Origin: Deinococcus radiodurans R1 = ATCC 13939 = DSM 20539
GTDB taxonomy: Bacteria > Deinococcota > Deinococci > Deinococcales > Deinococcaceae
Direction: 5' to 3'
DNA length: 32,000 nt
Assembly: GCF_000008565.1 (NCBI RefSeq)
Contig: NC_001264.1
Span: forward strand, 28,532 to 60,531
Below the pieces are notes generated by a model. That model worked only from the letters and a program-made list of their open reading frames with translations. It did not search any database and had not been told where the DNA came from. Of this stretch, positions 31,945-32,000 are shown piece after piece (position 1 is the first letter of the stretch; the number at the start of each line of letters is the position of its first letter). The translations under genes and the position numbers were made by a program.

Positions 31945-32000
<56 letters not shown>

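Overview
This is a high-GC bacterial segment that is almost fully coding. I read it as Deinococcus radiodurans-like: from memory, the 755-aa ORF at 25377-27644 (-) matches the DrBphP bacteriophytochrome used for crystallography. I cannot run a search to confirm this.

Layout:
- 1-4787: a tight same-strand cluster of lysine 2,3-aminomutase, a 172-aa unknown, a class-III aminotransferase and a P5C-dehydrogenase-family ALDH.
- 4970-22458: a roughly 17.5-kb surface-polysaccharide locus. It encodes a long-form RmlA, ManC, a Wzc-like PCP/BY-kinase, a priming phosphoglycosyl transferase, Wzx, a Wzy-like protein, two GT2, two GT4, rfbBACD, and on the minus strand a WaaL-family protein plus a tail-anchored unknown.
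- 22533-24899: PGM/PMM and type-I mannose-6-P isomerase.
- 24935-28248 (-): the bphO-bphP-bphR phytochrome operon, in which bphO is split by a frameshift.
- 28377-31874: thiolase, a fused 3-oxoacid CoA-transferase and a ribokinase-family kinase, all translationally coupled.
- 31950-32000: the 5' part of a tRNA-Met(CAU)-type gene, cut by the window edge.

The most striking sequence-level signal is a roughly 6-kb very AT-rich core at about 9.8-15.9 kb. Single 60-nt lines there hand-count at 30-40% GC, against about 68% in the flanks. Its left breakpoint falls inside the priming transferase gene.

I saw no CRISPR array, rRNA, IS element, integrase, or recognisable defence or toxin system. The many long ORFs antisense to real genes are high-GC shadow ORFs. 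Function calls rest on motif recognition from memory, not database searches.
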